Below are positions 24,233 to 37,299 of a stretch of DNA of 64,000 nucleotides, piece after piece. The notes beneath the pieces are model-generated. The model saw only the letters and a list, made by a program, of their open reading frames with translations, made no database searches and was not told the DNA's origin. Origin of the DNA: Cenococcum geophilum (taxonomy: Eukaryota). The stretch covers positions 15,252,001 to 15,316,000 of the forward strand of contig CP158635.1 of assembly GCA_050273025.1 (NCBI GenBank), written 5' to 3'. The position numbers were made by a program, and so were the translations under genes. Position 1 is the first letter of the stretch, and each line of letters starts with the position of its first letter.

Positions 24233-27200
24233 ATGCCACTAAAAGCAGCTACTGCAACGCTATTAATGGCGGCAACTACTTTAAGATCAGAAGGTAACAC
24301 TAGTATAGTAGATACTAACTTATAGCAACCTATAACGGTCAGACAGTTATAAGAGATAGTTAACCAGTTAATAATAAATAATGCGGCGCTAAAAGAAAGG
24401 GTTAATAGAATAGAAGCGGTAAAGATTAAGTTACTATTAATCGAGAGGTACTTAGGAGAAAGATTAAAGCTTAAGGGATCCCTTACGTAAATGTACTTTA
24501 AGGTTATATAGGAAGGAGTAAAATTGCTAATACCTATAGATCGAATAGCCTATACGGGACTATTCCTATTAGGAAGAGCACTTAAGTGGTTTAAGCTTTA
24601 CCTTATAGAGATATAGGTAAATGAAATAATAACTACTAATTAAGAAGTGCGATTTATATTCTTAAGCTAGGAAGGGTTTATAGAGCGACTTATATAAATA
24701 TTTAAAGACCTAGAGGTAGTAACTACAGCGGAAAGAAAACTTTAAGACATTATATAGCGAACCTTAGCAATTAAGTATATAATATAGTTTTAGACATTAG
24801 CTATATAAGTTAAGTAGAATAATAGGGCGCTTATAGCATAGTATAAATAAGGACTTAAGGCTAAAGTCTAGGATGTAATTATCCTAATAAAAGATACGGA
24901 CACCCTAAGGGAACTAATAGATTAAGCAATTAAGATTAATAATTGGATCTACTAAAGGGAATAGGCTAAAAGAGGTTAGGATAGAGTGCTATAGTTGTAT
25001 AAGGCGCAGAGTACGCAATAACTAAAGCTAAGTTAAAAACTATGGTATAGCGCAGAGCTAATGGACCTAAGTGATACTAGAGAAGCCTATAAGAGATAGA
25101 GTAAGAAACTATAAAAACCTAAAGGTTAAGGATCTAGTAATTATAGGACTAAGGAGCAAAGGCTAAACCAGGGATCTTAGTAGCAGAAGACGTTTAGGCG
25201 GACTTTATAGTAAAGTTAATGATTTAAAGATAGAGCTTATATAAATTATAGAAAATAAGGTTACTATATAATGAAGGGAACTAGACTAGTAGAAGATATA
25301 TATATATAGAAGAATGATAGTATACTATAAGGAATAAAAGAATATTTAATTAGAAGCTTTGCGTTTTGTTATAATAACGTATACCAAATTTATAAAGACG
25401 CTAAGTACGGCGTAAGCTATTGGCCATAGGAGCCAAAATCCTTAGAGTGTAGGGGAACTAACGAACCAGTTCGTAGACCGGATATTAAGGACAATTAATT
25501 CGATATAGGCGAAACATTCTATAATAATAAGGTAATAAGGGCAGCTTACTAGAAGTATATAGACCTTAAAGATATTATATAAGAGGTAGAGGATGATTCT
25601 ACTACAGAATAGGGAACATTAATAGGGATTAAAACCCTACTAGATATGATGTTTATCGCTTTATAAGATATAAGAGAAGTAGGATAGTAAACTACTTCGG
25701 CACTTAATAAAGGCAAAGGGCCAAAGACTTAAGATTCTTAAGATAAGATAAGGTAAACCTAAGGACCTATAATAGACAGAAACCGGTAGAGTAGGGCAAT
25801 AGCTTAGTTTAAAGATATACGAATAAGCTTGGGATAGAGTTTTGCCTAGGTATAAGACTCTTAAGACAAGATAAGAATACCCAAGCTTAGTTAGACTAAG
25901 GTAGGAGTAAAGCTTAAGTTAGAAGCAAGCTTAGGATTAAGAATCCTATAGAACTAAGATTTTAAAACATAAATAAGGACCATTAATAAGATTAAGAAGT
26001 AAGAGGACTTTAAGGATCTACTCACAAGGCGAAAACTAAAGGAAACTATAACAGAATTTAGAGCAAGAATTATCGCATAGCAACAGCAGAAGTTAGATTA
26101 GAGAACTAATACACTAGGACATAGTAAGGATAGAGTACCTATATAAAGAATTACTAATAGGCCTAAGACAGGCATACTAAGAGCTAAGTAGCTTACTAAA
26201 TTAGAAAATAAAGAGGATTTAGGAATTTTAACTAGGTTTAAGGAATAATATATAAAGGGCTGTTATAATATAGTAATAAGAAGATACTTCCTTACGGACG
26301 AGCTGTATATACTCTAATAGCTGTACTAAAAGTGGTATAGGCAAAGGCATAATAATAAGTGGGAAGATTTCTATATATAGTTGGATGAAAAAGTTATCTA
26401 GGACCACCCTATTACGGAAAAGGCAATAAGTTATATTAAAGGAGCCTTAATTATAACACTAAAGGATCTAGAGGAGCGTTTAGAGGACTAGAGAAGCGGA
26501 AGGCGTATCTTAGTACCTATAAATAAAGTCATAACGTTTAGATTAATACGATAGAGGTTTAAACTTAAGGATAAAGACGAGCTAAGAGTTAACCTAAAGC
26601 ACCAAGTATATTACACATTAGCGTGGATTATATATATAGATAATATATATAATATATATAGAGCACCAAAGGATAAGCACCATAAGTATCCTATAAGAAT
26701 GTATTGGATAATAAAGAAGTAAAAATATCGGAATGCTAAGTATATGCATAGATGGCATCTAGTAGAAGTTTAGGAGTTAGGTAACTTAATACTTTAACTA
26801 GAAAGATTCCTTACGGAAGAATACCTAGATAGATAATAGTAGTGGGAATGCCCGGAGAATATATATCTATAGTATATTAAGGATAAAAAGCGAACTAAGT
26901 ATTAGCTAAAGGTGGACTAAATATAAATAGGATTAAGCAGCTAATAGTTAGGAAAAGTGGAGGCCTATAAAACTAGAGGGAACTAGTGGTAAAGCCTTAG
27001 ACCCTTAAAGGAATTTAAGAACAACATCTAAATTTACAAGCTAAATGGTAAGATTAATAGTTTAAAGTATTGGTAGATAGTGGAGCAATAAGGAACTATA
27101 TCTTATTAGCAATAGTTAAAAAAAATAGGGTTACCATATAGGAAAAAGGAGCATCTTTACCTATTAGTGACAATTTTAGGAGATCCGATAGCCTACAGAG

Positions 27201-30200
27201 AAGGTATTATTAATCTTAAAATAGGACCTATTTAGTTAACCATTAAAGGGAGATAAATTAAGATATCTTTTAATATACTACTATTAGGGAATGACGAGGC
27301 AGTATTAGGAATGCCTTAGTTATAGGAATATAATTTAAGGATCGATTGGGTTATAGGTTAAGTTAATATTAAGGATACTTAACGCCGTAGGATGCGATAG
27401 TAAGCTAAGTTGGTATAGTACTAAGTAGGAGCAACCTATAAAGAAACAGAGAAAGGATTGAGTGATATACTAAAGAGATACTATAAGTATAGTAAGAAAC
27501 TATGGTTATTAGAAAGTAAAAAGCTAGTAGAATATATAGCATAGGACTATAAGATAGAGTTAGAACTAGGAATAAGTTTAAGGTTCTTTTTAACCTATAA
27601 GCTTACCGAAGAAAAAGGTAGAGTATTAAAAGAGTTTATCTAAGAAAACCTATAAAAGGGATATATTAGACTATTACAGTTATTAGCAGAATATCCAGTA
27701 CTATTTATATTAAAGAAAAATGGTAAACTAAGGCTATGTATTGACTATAGGCAGTTAAATAGCATTACTAGAAAGGATAGGTATCCTTTACCCTTAATTA
27801 GCGAAATCTAAGATAGGATAGGCAATATATAAATCTTTACGAAGATAGATCTAAGATAGGCATACTATTAGATTAGAATTAAGGAAGGCGATAAATAGAA
27901 GGTAGCCTTTAGGTTAAAGGAAGGACTATATAAGCTATTAGTTATACAATTTAGGCTTATAAATGCACTAGTAATATTCTAGAAGCGTATTGATAATATA
28001 TTAGGAGAATACTTGGATAAATTTGTTATAGTATACCTCGACAATATTATTATCTACTTAATGACTAAGGAAGAACACGGGGAATACGTTAAATAGGTCT
28101 TAAGGAGACTATAAGAAGAATAGATGCTAGTAGTAATTAAAAAATGCGAGTTCTTTACCAGGAAGACCGATTTTATTAGATTTATTATTAAACTAGGCTA
28201 ATTTAGTATAGATTTAAAGAAGATCAAAGCTATAGTAAATTAGCAGGAACTAGAGAATATTATACAGTTAAAATCGTTCCTAGGGTTTTATAATTACTGT
28301 AGAAGGTTTATAGCATAATGGTTAAAGGATATTAAGCTATTTACGCGACTAATAAAGAAAGAAGAACTATAGGTATAGGGAAAGGAATAACGGGAATTAT
28401 TTAAAAAAGTTAAGGAACTATTTACCTAGGAGCTAGTTCTTAAAATCTATTAACTAGGACTAGAAACAGTTGTAGAAATAAATATATTAGACTATATACT
28501 AGGGGCATACTTTATATAGAAATATTAAGACGGATAGCACCTAGTAGTATACTATAGTTGGAAGATAATACTACTAGAGTTAAACTATAACATCTATAAT
28601 AAGGAGTTATTAGGTATAGTTACAATACTAAAGAAATAGAGAGCATTCTTATAAGGTATAGAAAAACTATTTATGGTTAAAATAGATTATAAGAACCTAA
28701 TGGGATTCCTAATAATAAAGGAACTTAATTAAAGATAGGTTAGATAGGCAGAGATGCTTACAGAATACTATTTTAAGATTTAGTATACTAAGGGTATAGA
28801 CAATATATAAGTAGACGCTCTAAGTTAAAAGGCTAAACTATAAAACGACAAAAAGCTATTAGGGGCTTTACTACGAAAAGATATAGACGGATTAATTAGG
28901 TACAATTATCTAAAAATTATAGCAACTTAAGAAGATAACAAACTAGGAAGAGTCTACAAGATACTAGAAAGCTTTTAGGTATAAAGAATCTTTAAAGCAT
29001 AGCTAAAGGAATAGTTGGAATATCTAGGAGAAGAAATATTATATAAGTATAAAGAGGCAAAGTACATCCTAAGAAGCATAGCAGAGCATTTTATAGAAGA
29101 TTTTTATAAGGGAATAACTTAAGGACATAATAAAGCTATGGGCTTAGTATTAAGACTCTAGGAGGAGTATATTGTTAATAGAATCTAAGGCTTAGCGCGA
29201 AAGGTTACTAAGGAATATCTAGATTACTAAAGGAATAAACTAATGAGATATAAGCCGTATAGAGGGCTATAACCTATTAAAATACCAGAGAGACTATAGG
29301 AGGTTATATTATAGGACTTTATTATTAAGTTACCGAAGTTAAAAAAGCCCTATTACCGGATAGGATTATAATATAATTTTAGTAATAGTAGATAAGCTTA
29401 TAAAGTGGGGATACTTTATAGCATATATAGAAGAAATATTAGTAGAAAATGTCGCTAAAATCTATATTAAGGAAGTGTTTATAAGACATAGAATACTAAG
29501 TAAGATTATATTAGATAGAGATCTAAGATTTATAGCAGTATTCTAGGAATTATTTTTAGCGGAATAAGGAGTTAAAGCAGTAACTTCGACTATATATTAC
29601 CCGCAGACAGACAGTTAAACAGAAAGGCTAAATTAGACACTAGAGCAGTATCTAAGGCACTATATTAATTATATATAGAATAATTAGGTATTATTGTTAC
29701 TAGTTATATAGTTTATATATAATATAACACCTTAAGAAGGAATAGGTATATTACTATTTAAGGCGAATTATAGATATAAGCTAAGAACATTATTGTTACT
29801 ATGGTAAGCGAAGAAAACAAGTAGTATAGCTAAAGAAAGGATAAAGACGTTAATAAATCTTTATATAGACCTTATAGAATTAGTAAAGAAAGTATAAGAG
29901 AGAATAAAAAGGTATTATAACGCTAAGAGATTTAAGGGACCAGATCTTAAGGAGGGAGATAAAGTATAGCTACTATATAAAAATTTTAAGGGTTAATAAC
30001 TAAGTAAGAAGTTAGACTACGTTAGACTAGGACCTTTTAAAATTAAGTAAAGGATTTTACCAGTTACGTTTAAATTAGACCTACTAGCCAAAATAAAGAT
30101 CTACCCTATATAGCATATCGCGATGCTAGAGCTAGTATATAGGAATATTAAGCCACTAGTTTATAAAGCAGACATATATAGAGGATAAGAAGAGGATAAA

Positions 30201-30350
30201 TAGCAAGTTTTAAAGATTATTAGTTATAAGGACATCGACGATAAAACATAGTATAAAGTTAAGTAGATAGGCTATACTAAGACTACCTAGGTACTAGAGA
30301 ATTTAAAAAACGCTATAAGAAAGGTACAGGAGTATTAGAAGAAATTAGGT
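24233..30350 (+). pseudogene. gag-pol (protease, RT, RNase H, integrase, chromodomain), RIPped
   Basis: LVDSGA near 27070; [11 protein letters not shown] near 27730; YLDN (from YLDD) near 28035; NYNIYNKELL near 28585; IVDKL.K near 29390; chromodomain-like Y.VKW.GY near 30255. Confidence 0.92.
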
Positions 30351-30399
30351 TAGGTAGCATTAATAAGGAAGGATTATAAAAAAATAAGTTACCTAAGGG

Positions 30400-30985
30400 G
30401 GACCTAAAAAGAGTAGTTACCGAGCTACTTAGATCTATTTCCTTCTCTATTAAAAGAGAATCCGTTCTTTTATTACTAAGTTCCTATAAACCTTATTCTA
30501 TAAGTTTTTACTTCTTAGAACGGACCTTCTTATAAACCTTCTTAAGATAGATTAACTAAGCGGACGCTATAAGATAAGACTTAAGGGCCCGTTACTAAGT
30601 ATTAGCAGCCTCCTATTTTATATTATAAGAACGGTATAACTCCGCCAGGGTAACAGACAGTTTATTATCTAGCCGCGTAGTAGTAAATTAAATATAAGAC
30701 CCTAAGATATATTAATTAGGGAACCTAACAACTATTAAAAGTAATAGGTTGCGTATATTTAGTATTAGAAATAGAGTAAATGTTATAAAACGAGCGAATA
30801 TTTACTTTAGTGCACTCTAAGTAAGAGGACGGTTATCGTAAAGATAGACTTGCTAATGTAATATAAACTAACCCCTCTTTTAAATAGCAAGAATATAAAG
30901 ACGGTATAATCTTACTAAGAGATAGTATTACAGTAATAGTGTAAATATAACGAGCAGTTAAAGATAAAGAAATTGCTTTAGGTAT
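30400..30985 (-). pseudogene. Antisense accessory ORF of the Gypsy element, with a six-Cys zinc-cluster-like motif and predicted coiled coil
   Basis: De-RIP LSLGEIMPS.CS.C.KEGLVCI.LASPS.R.PSSC.ECTK.NIRS.CDI followed by ASA.L..L.KV..KVRSK...L.EQGL.EL. A homologue lies at 50760-51340. Confidence 0.65.
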
Positions 30986-33109
30986 AATAAGTAATAATAT
31001 TAACTAAATTAATTAGACGGATATTATACCTCTAGTAAATAACTTAGAGATATTTAGAATCTTTAAGGACGAAAATAAAGAGGAGGGAGATAGTGTTATG
31101 GACGCTTTAAGTATAATATTATAACTACTAGGAAGAGAGTCAGAAGAAGCTAGTTAGTTAATTTAGGTATAGTTTAGGATAGAGCCGGTAGAGCTATATA
31201 ACGAGGAATAGTAACTAAGGTTATATAATATAATTTATATAATCTATAAGATCTATATAATCTATAATAGAGTAAATAGAGTATACGTATATTATATATA
31301 AGAAGGATTTTATAGGAGTATAGTTGTGTATTTAAGGACCCTTAGTCCCTACCTAGATAGTTCCTTCCTTATAGTAATTCTTAGAATATAATTAGAGTTA
31401 ATCTATTAGGTAACTACTCCACTAGTCATTATTACGTTGTTAACTTTAATTTGCATCACTTATACACCTAGCCTAATAATGAGCCTATTGTAGTACCTAC
31501 TGTGGTGGTGGACGCGGTCCCTCTCAGATTGGAAGTCATAATGCTGTCTGTCTGTCGGTCGGTCGGTCAGTCAGTCGGTCGGTCGTCAGTTATAATCAAT
31601 TAGTAGGAAAGCAGTCAGTAAGAAGAAAGGAAAGAATGTATTCCGGTAGGTCGTCGTAATAGAGAGAAGGAGAGAAGCCGAAGGCTTAATATATACAGGA
31701 AAATGCCAAGGCACTAAGTAGTGGCCTATTTTACCCTACTATATACCTCCCCCACTAAGAACGTTGTCCCCTAACGTTCTATACTATAGAAGAATAGCCA
31801 AATAAAAGAATAGCAAAAGCAGAATAGAAAAAGGAAAGCATATCCCTAAAAGAATACAGGTAACCTTATCCTTAGCCCTCCTATAAAACTATCCTACAGT
31901 GTCCTTCCTACTAGCGGTAACCAAAATAGCTGTAAACCAGAAATGATAATAGTAGTAGCAGTAGTAGCAGTAGTAGCAGCAGTAACAGCAGTGATAGTAA
32001 CGGTAGTAGTAATGGTAAAAGTAGACAGTTGGCGCAGTAAGACAAAGCAAAACGGTTAATGGTAGAGCGGTTAGTAATAGAACAGTCGGTAGAAGAACTT
32101 GGTCTGTGTAGTAAGCAGTAGGACATCTAGTAGCAGAACTTTTAGTAGCAGAAATCTTGGTAGCGGCAGACGGTCGGCAGCAGTTAGTCGGTAGCAGTCA
32201 GTCGGTAGCAGTTAGTCGGTAGCAGTAGAACAATCGGAACAATATAACGGAACAGTCGGAATAGTAATGGCAGTAGTGGCAGCGGCAGAACAGCTGGCCG
32301 GCAGCAGTAGAACAGATTGGCTGGAATAGCAGTATAGAACGGCATGACAGACCTAGCAGATCCAGCAGTAAATAGACCTAGCAGCGGTACAGATCTAGGA
32401 CGGTAGAGATAGTAGTTGGTTGAGACAGTAGGGACAGAATAGTCAGACGGAATAGCAGCAGCAGCGGCGGCGGTAGTAGGGCAGTCGATTAAGACGGCAG
32501 AGGGTATGACCCGACTCGGTAGTTCGGCTGGTCGTTTGATATTAAGGCTCTATACCTAGATCTGCATCGGTTTGCATCGTACACGGCTCTCAATCAAGGC
32601 TCTATCCGTGGCGTTGTATTAGGCCCTGCATCGCCAAGCTTTACGTCTGCATAGCTCTGCATCTGACTGTGCGTCTGACCGTGCGTCAGGCAGTATATCT
32701 GGCTGTGCATCTAGCTGTGCATCAGTAGCTCTGCATTGCATATTCTGCGTCCGTGTCTGCGTCCGTGGTTCTAAAACGTTGACTGGTGATGCTTCCGACG
32801 GTCTACTGACCGTGTACTGATTTCCTATATAGGCCTAGTGCCTGCGTGCCTGCGTGCCTGCGGTAATGCATCTCAGGGTTGTTTTGGATAATGCGAATAA
32901 GCGAGCATAAAATATCCTTTATCCAATAGAAAATGCATAAAATATCGCAATCGATAAGGATAAAGGTGCCCTGTGCGGAGCTTTTCTACCCCAACTAGGT
33001 AGAATAGGACTCGGTGCTGGCAGAATTCGGTAGAATTTAGTAGACTTAGTAGAATTTAGCAGATATTGCAGATATTGCAGATATTGCGGATATTACGGTA
33101 CCTTTCCCC

Positions 33110-35232
33110 CCTAACTATATAATAGCTAAATACTTAGAGAAAACCCACCTATTTCTCTTATAGTTCTTCTCTAATACCAATTCTTTAAACACTCTATTTT
33201 CTTAAGAGTTTCAGAATCTATCTGCATTCTCTCCTATAATACCGTACGACGTCCTCCTAAAAAGACTCTTTCTAGCTTATCGCTTATTGCTAGAATTAAG
33301 ATAATTTTAATTGCTATAAGCGAGAGCCGTAGCTAGCGCTTTTGTTACTATTCTTAAGACCACCACTAAAGTGCAGTTATTAAAATCTTATATAGCGTCT
33401 TAGAGATAAAGTCCTCATACTTATCTTAACTTTTTAGTCGAAATATTATACTATTAAGATCCTCAGCAATCTTATTAAACTCGTTAAGGTCTTAAGCTAG
33501 AGCTAGCCTTTTATACAACGACATACTTCTAGGCGTAGAACTCCTATTCCAATATCTTTCCTAAAGCTCTTTAACGCCGTTAAGTATAGGCTTACGCTAC
33601 TCCTTCTTCTAAACCTACTTAATATATCTTATATAACGGGCTAGATAAAGAATAAGTGTAGTGGTGTAAAGGGGCGAGTTATCTGTTTTATAGTAATATC
33701 TATTAAAGGTATTCTAAGCATTTTTAATACGTTTAGAGAACTCCTTATTAGATATATACTCCTTCTATTATATAATATTAGCTAAATTAAGAAATAGAAA
33801 GGGGAGATAAACTAACCTAGGATTTATTAAGGTGCTTAATTATAACATCTATTATAAAGAGTATATTCTTAAGCGTTACTTCGTATCCCTAGCATTTTAG
33901 GGTTACCTAGTAGAATATCTAAAGAAAACTTTTTATCGTATAAAGCGCCTCCTAGTCCTTTGGACTAAGATAGTCCTTTTTAAGTGTATTAAGGTTACGC
34001 TTAGTATATATATTAAGGGCAGACTCTTTCTAAATTGCTACGCTAAGTATAAAATACTAGCTATTCCATCTTATATAATTATTAAGCGGAATTCTTCTCC
34101 CTATAAGACTTTTAAACTCCCTTATACGGCTAGCTAAGCTATAGGTGTGTATGGTAATATTATAAAGCTTTCTAAGTGCGCCAAGTTTCCAAAATATATC
34201 ACTTTTCTCTTTCTCCTCTTTTGGATCTAACCCCCTCCCCTTTACCTTATCCCCTTCGTACAACTTAATATTATTAAGACTAATTAAGTTTTTAAAGAGG
34301 AAAGCCTATACGGCAAGGTTAAAAATATAACCCTAATAGCGAATCCGTTAGTAGACGGGATTCCATTTAATTCCTTCTTCCTAAAGAAGCTAGTCACTTA
34401 TCGTATAATAAAGCTTATTATTTACAGTATGGTTATTAGATATAACGGCACTTAGCTTTCACATAATCCCGTAGTCCTTAAGCACTAGAAGGAGAGTATT
34501 CCATTACTCGTCCCTATTATAAGAGGCTACCGTACGGAGGCCGAGAAGAGCGTTTGTAAGCTTTTCCTAGCTATTAATAAAATGGCCGCAGATTATAAGG
34601 AGAAGGTAATTATTTAGAGAGGTCTAAATATTAATAGAAAGATAAATACTTATTAATGCAGACTGCAGCCTCTTTCGTACAATATCCTTTTGCGATAGCT
34701 ATAAGTTATAGATCTTTTTACTAACTGCTGAATGGGCTATAGTTATATAGCCATCTACTTTAGGATTAATTAACTGTAGAAGAACATAGAACTCTGGCCA
34801 CTCGACTATCCAAAATGGTAGGTTTTATATAATAATTAATGTAACAAGGGCCTCATTAATAACTTCCTTCTTTAGGACTGCTTGGAGTACTTCTAAATCT
34901 AGCTCTTCTATCTCGTTTTAAGATGACGCTTTAAGGTAAAGGTCTTTTAATTAATCCCGTATTGCTTCTTTTATATAACTAGTTTTAGGCTCAACCGTAA
35001 TGCTATGCTTTAACGCTAAGTGGTTTCGGAAGTTAGAAGTTAACTATATAGCGTACGACTTTGTGCAGTATTTACAATAGAATAAAAGATAGGCTTTTTT
35101 ATTTTGTATGGGCTTATTACTGCCTAGTGGACGGGTATACTCCTATGTCAAAAGAGCCGAGCGACCTCTTGTATTTTTTGATTTAGAGGTATTAATAGAG
35201 TCGAGAGCTTCTGATTCCACTTCTGAAGCCAT
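33110..35232 (-). pseudogene. hAT transposase, RIPped
   Basis: MASEVESE start, BED finger FYCKYC...TSNFRNHL..KH, de-RIP IHLS.DIWTSPN and VISDN motifs, C-terminal dimerisation region. Confidence 0.9.
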
Positions 35233-35311
35233 ATTTTATGCGATAATAAAGAAGAAGAAGGCGACTGAAAATTTATTTGGGGTATGCCAAGACTTATCGC
35301 GATAAGATTTA

Positions 35312-35673
35312 GGGGGTGTTCGGTTGCAAAACCGTCAGATTGAATCTGAACTGAAAGTCCGGCAGAAAGAACGCGTCCCTTCCTAATTTGTCACGCGTCT
35401 GTGGCTTTGTAATCGCACGGACGTGTGCAATCTGAAGCCTTCATATTGAAATGGAATCTGACCTGGAGCTTCGAGCTCCAGATTGAAATGACGCCAAGAG
35501 CTCCATTTCAGAAGCTGTATACGGTAAAGTTGCCAATATTTTAGCGTACTATTCTGGCGTTTTGCGAGCGGTGAGAGGAACGTCAAATTTTTGAGGCTGT
35601 GCAGACGAAATCACTCCGAATCAACGGATTCTGAACTGAATCTGAGGCCTCCAGATTGCAACCGAACACCCCC
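35312..35673. mobile_element. PIF/Harbinger (Tourist-like) MITE
   Basis: TIR GGGGGTGTTCGGTTGCAA and TTGCAACCGAACACCCCC. 3-bp TSD TTA at 35309-11 and 35674-76. Confidence 0.9.
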
Positions 35674-37299
35674 TTATCCAAAACAACCCTGATGCATCTT
35701 TAACTGCCGATCGAAGACGTCTGACGGCGACGGTGACTGATTCGATTTGACTGTGACAACGTATGATCGGCTGACGCTTAAATAGGGTATTAGGTCGGCC
35801 TGACCGAAGGCTCTAATTTGACGACTTGACTGTAGAGGCAGCGTTCGACTGATTAGGATTTGACTGAGGCTCTGGCTTGACTTAAGGGGTCTTCTGCTGT
35901 ATATACGATCGAGGCTTTGCATTCGTAGGCCCTGTATCTGCAGACAATCGATCGGGACTCTGGCTGTGCTGTCGTTTGGTTAAAGCTCTGCATCTATGCA
36001 ATTAATCAAGGCTCCGCATCGTATAATTAAAGCTCTTGGTATCCTCCAGACGTCCAATCCAGAGGCCTGTCTTAAGACGTCCTTGTAAGCATAAACGGCA
36101 GCTTCTAGTAGACTAATATCGCGGGCCCGGTGCTTTTATAGGACGTCCTTGCTCTTGGCTTCTTTGGTGCATCCTTAGGCTTTTATGGCTGCTTCTTTGT
36201 TTTTGCTGCTGGTAGTACGCTCGCGTATCCTTGATTTTCCTCCGGCTTAAGAGCCTTTTTAGGATTGTTTTCTGCTTCTAGTCTCTTTGTCGCTGTCCTG
36301 CTAACTCCGCGCTTTGTCTGGGTCGTCCTTTAAAACCATCCGGTGGCAGCTTCTTAGTTGCTGTAACTACCTCCGTTGCATATCCCTTGCCCTTGTGTCC
36401 GCAATACAGTCCTTCGTTATAACGACCTCTGAGGAAAAGCGCCGGCTTCTATATATCCAACTCCTGTCCCTCTTGTAATCCTTAATAAGGTCCTTTACTA
36501 GCTTAGTAGATATGGCTCGGTTCCGTCTTTAGTTGCATAAGGATGGCTTGAGCTTGACGTGGTTAGCCGTGCCCTGTGTACGGCCTCTTGCAGTGCCTTT
36601 TTGTATACTACTCTACCGTTTCCGCGGTGCTTTGTCACTGATATCGTGCTATTGCCTTTGTATAGGTCCCTTCCTTGCTGTGGTGTCTGTTTTCGTCGTG
36701 CAGCTGGCGCAGTACTAAATTCGGATGGCAGTGACGGAGCTGCAATCAGCTGTTGTTTAAATAAGGAATAAGGTCGGCCCGGTCGAAGGCTCTAATTTAA
36801 CGACATTCGACTGATTCGATTTAGTGACGGCGACGTGCTGACATCGAGGCTCTGGCTTGATTCGATTCCTCGACCAGTCGCGGCTTCTGTGCAGTCATTC
36901 GATTGATCAAGGTTTCCGTGCAGTCGTTCGATCAAGGCTCTGCGTGCAGCTCTACGTGCAGCTCTGCGTCGTACAATCGGCTCTGTATCCGTGCAATCAA
37001 TTGAGGCTCCTGGTGCCGTTCTTATTGTGTAGCTAGCGCATTATTAAATTCTAGGGGCGGTGTAGAGTTCTGCCGGCTTTACTGCTGAATGGACCAATCA
37101 GGATTTTCCGTGCCGGGCATAGAAAATCGCTATTGGCTCGGTAATAGGCGGTGAGCTGAACTGATATCTCTGCAGTAGGTCGTTGTGACTAACGCGTCGC
37201 GATTAAGAAAGTAAACAAGAAAGGAGCTTTAGGAAATATAGTAAATAAACAGATAAATAGAAATCTTTTACACGGCCGTTACCTACGTCCCCTCCCCTA

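Larger units (their letters stand above)
32874..35691 (-). mobile_element. Complete hAT transposon
   Basis: 18-bp TIR CAGGGTTGTTTTGGATAA and TTATCCAAAACAACCCTG. 8-bp TSD ATGCATCT at 32866-73 and 35692-99. Confidence 0.95.

Noticed and set aside
31911..32126. Leu-rich 71-aa ORF resembling a membrane peptide
   Set aside because: Derived from (AGT/AGC)n simple repeats inside LTR element B.
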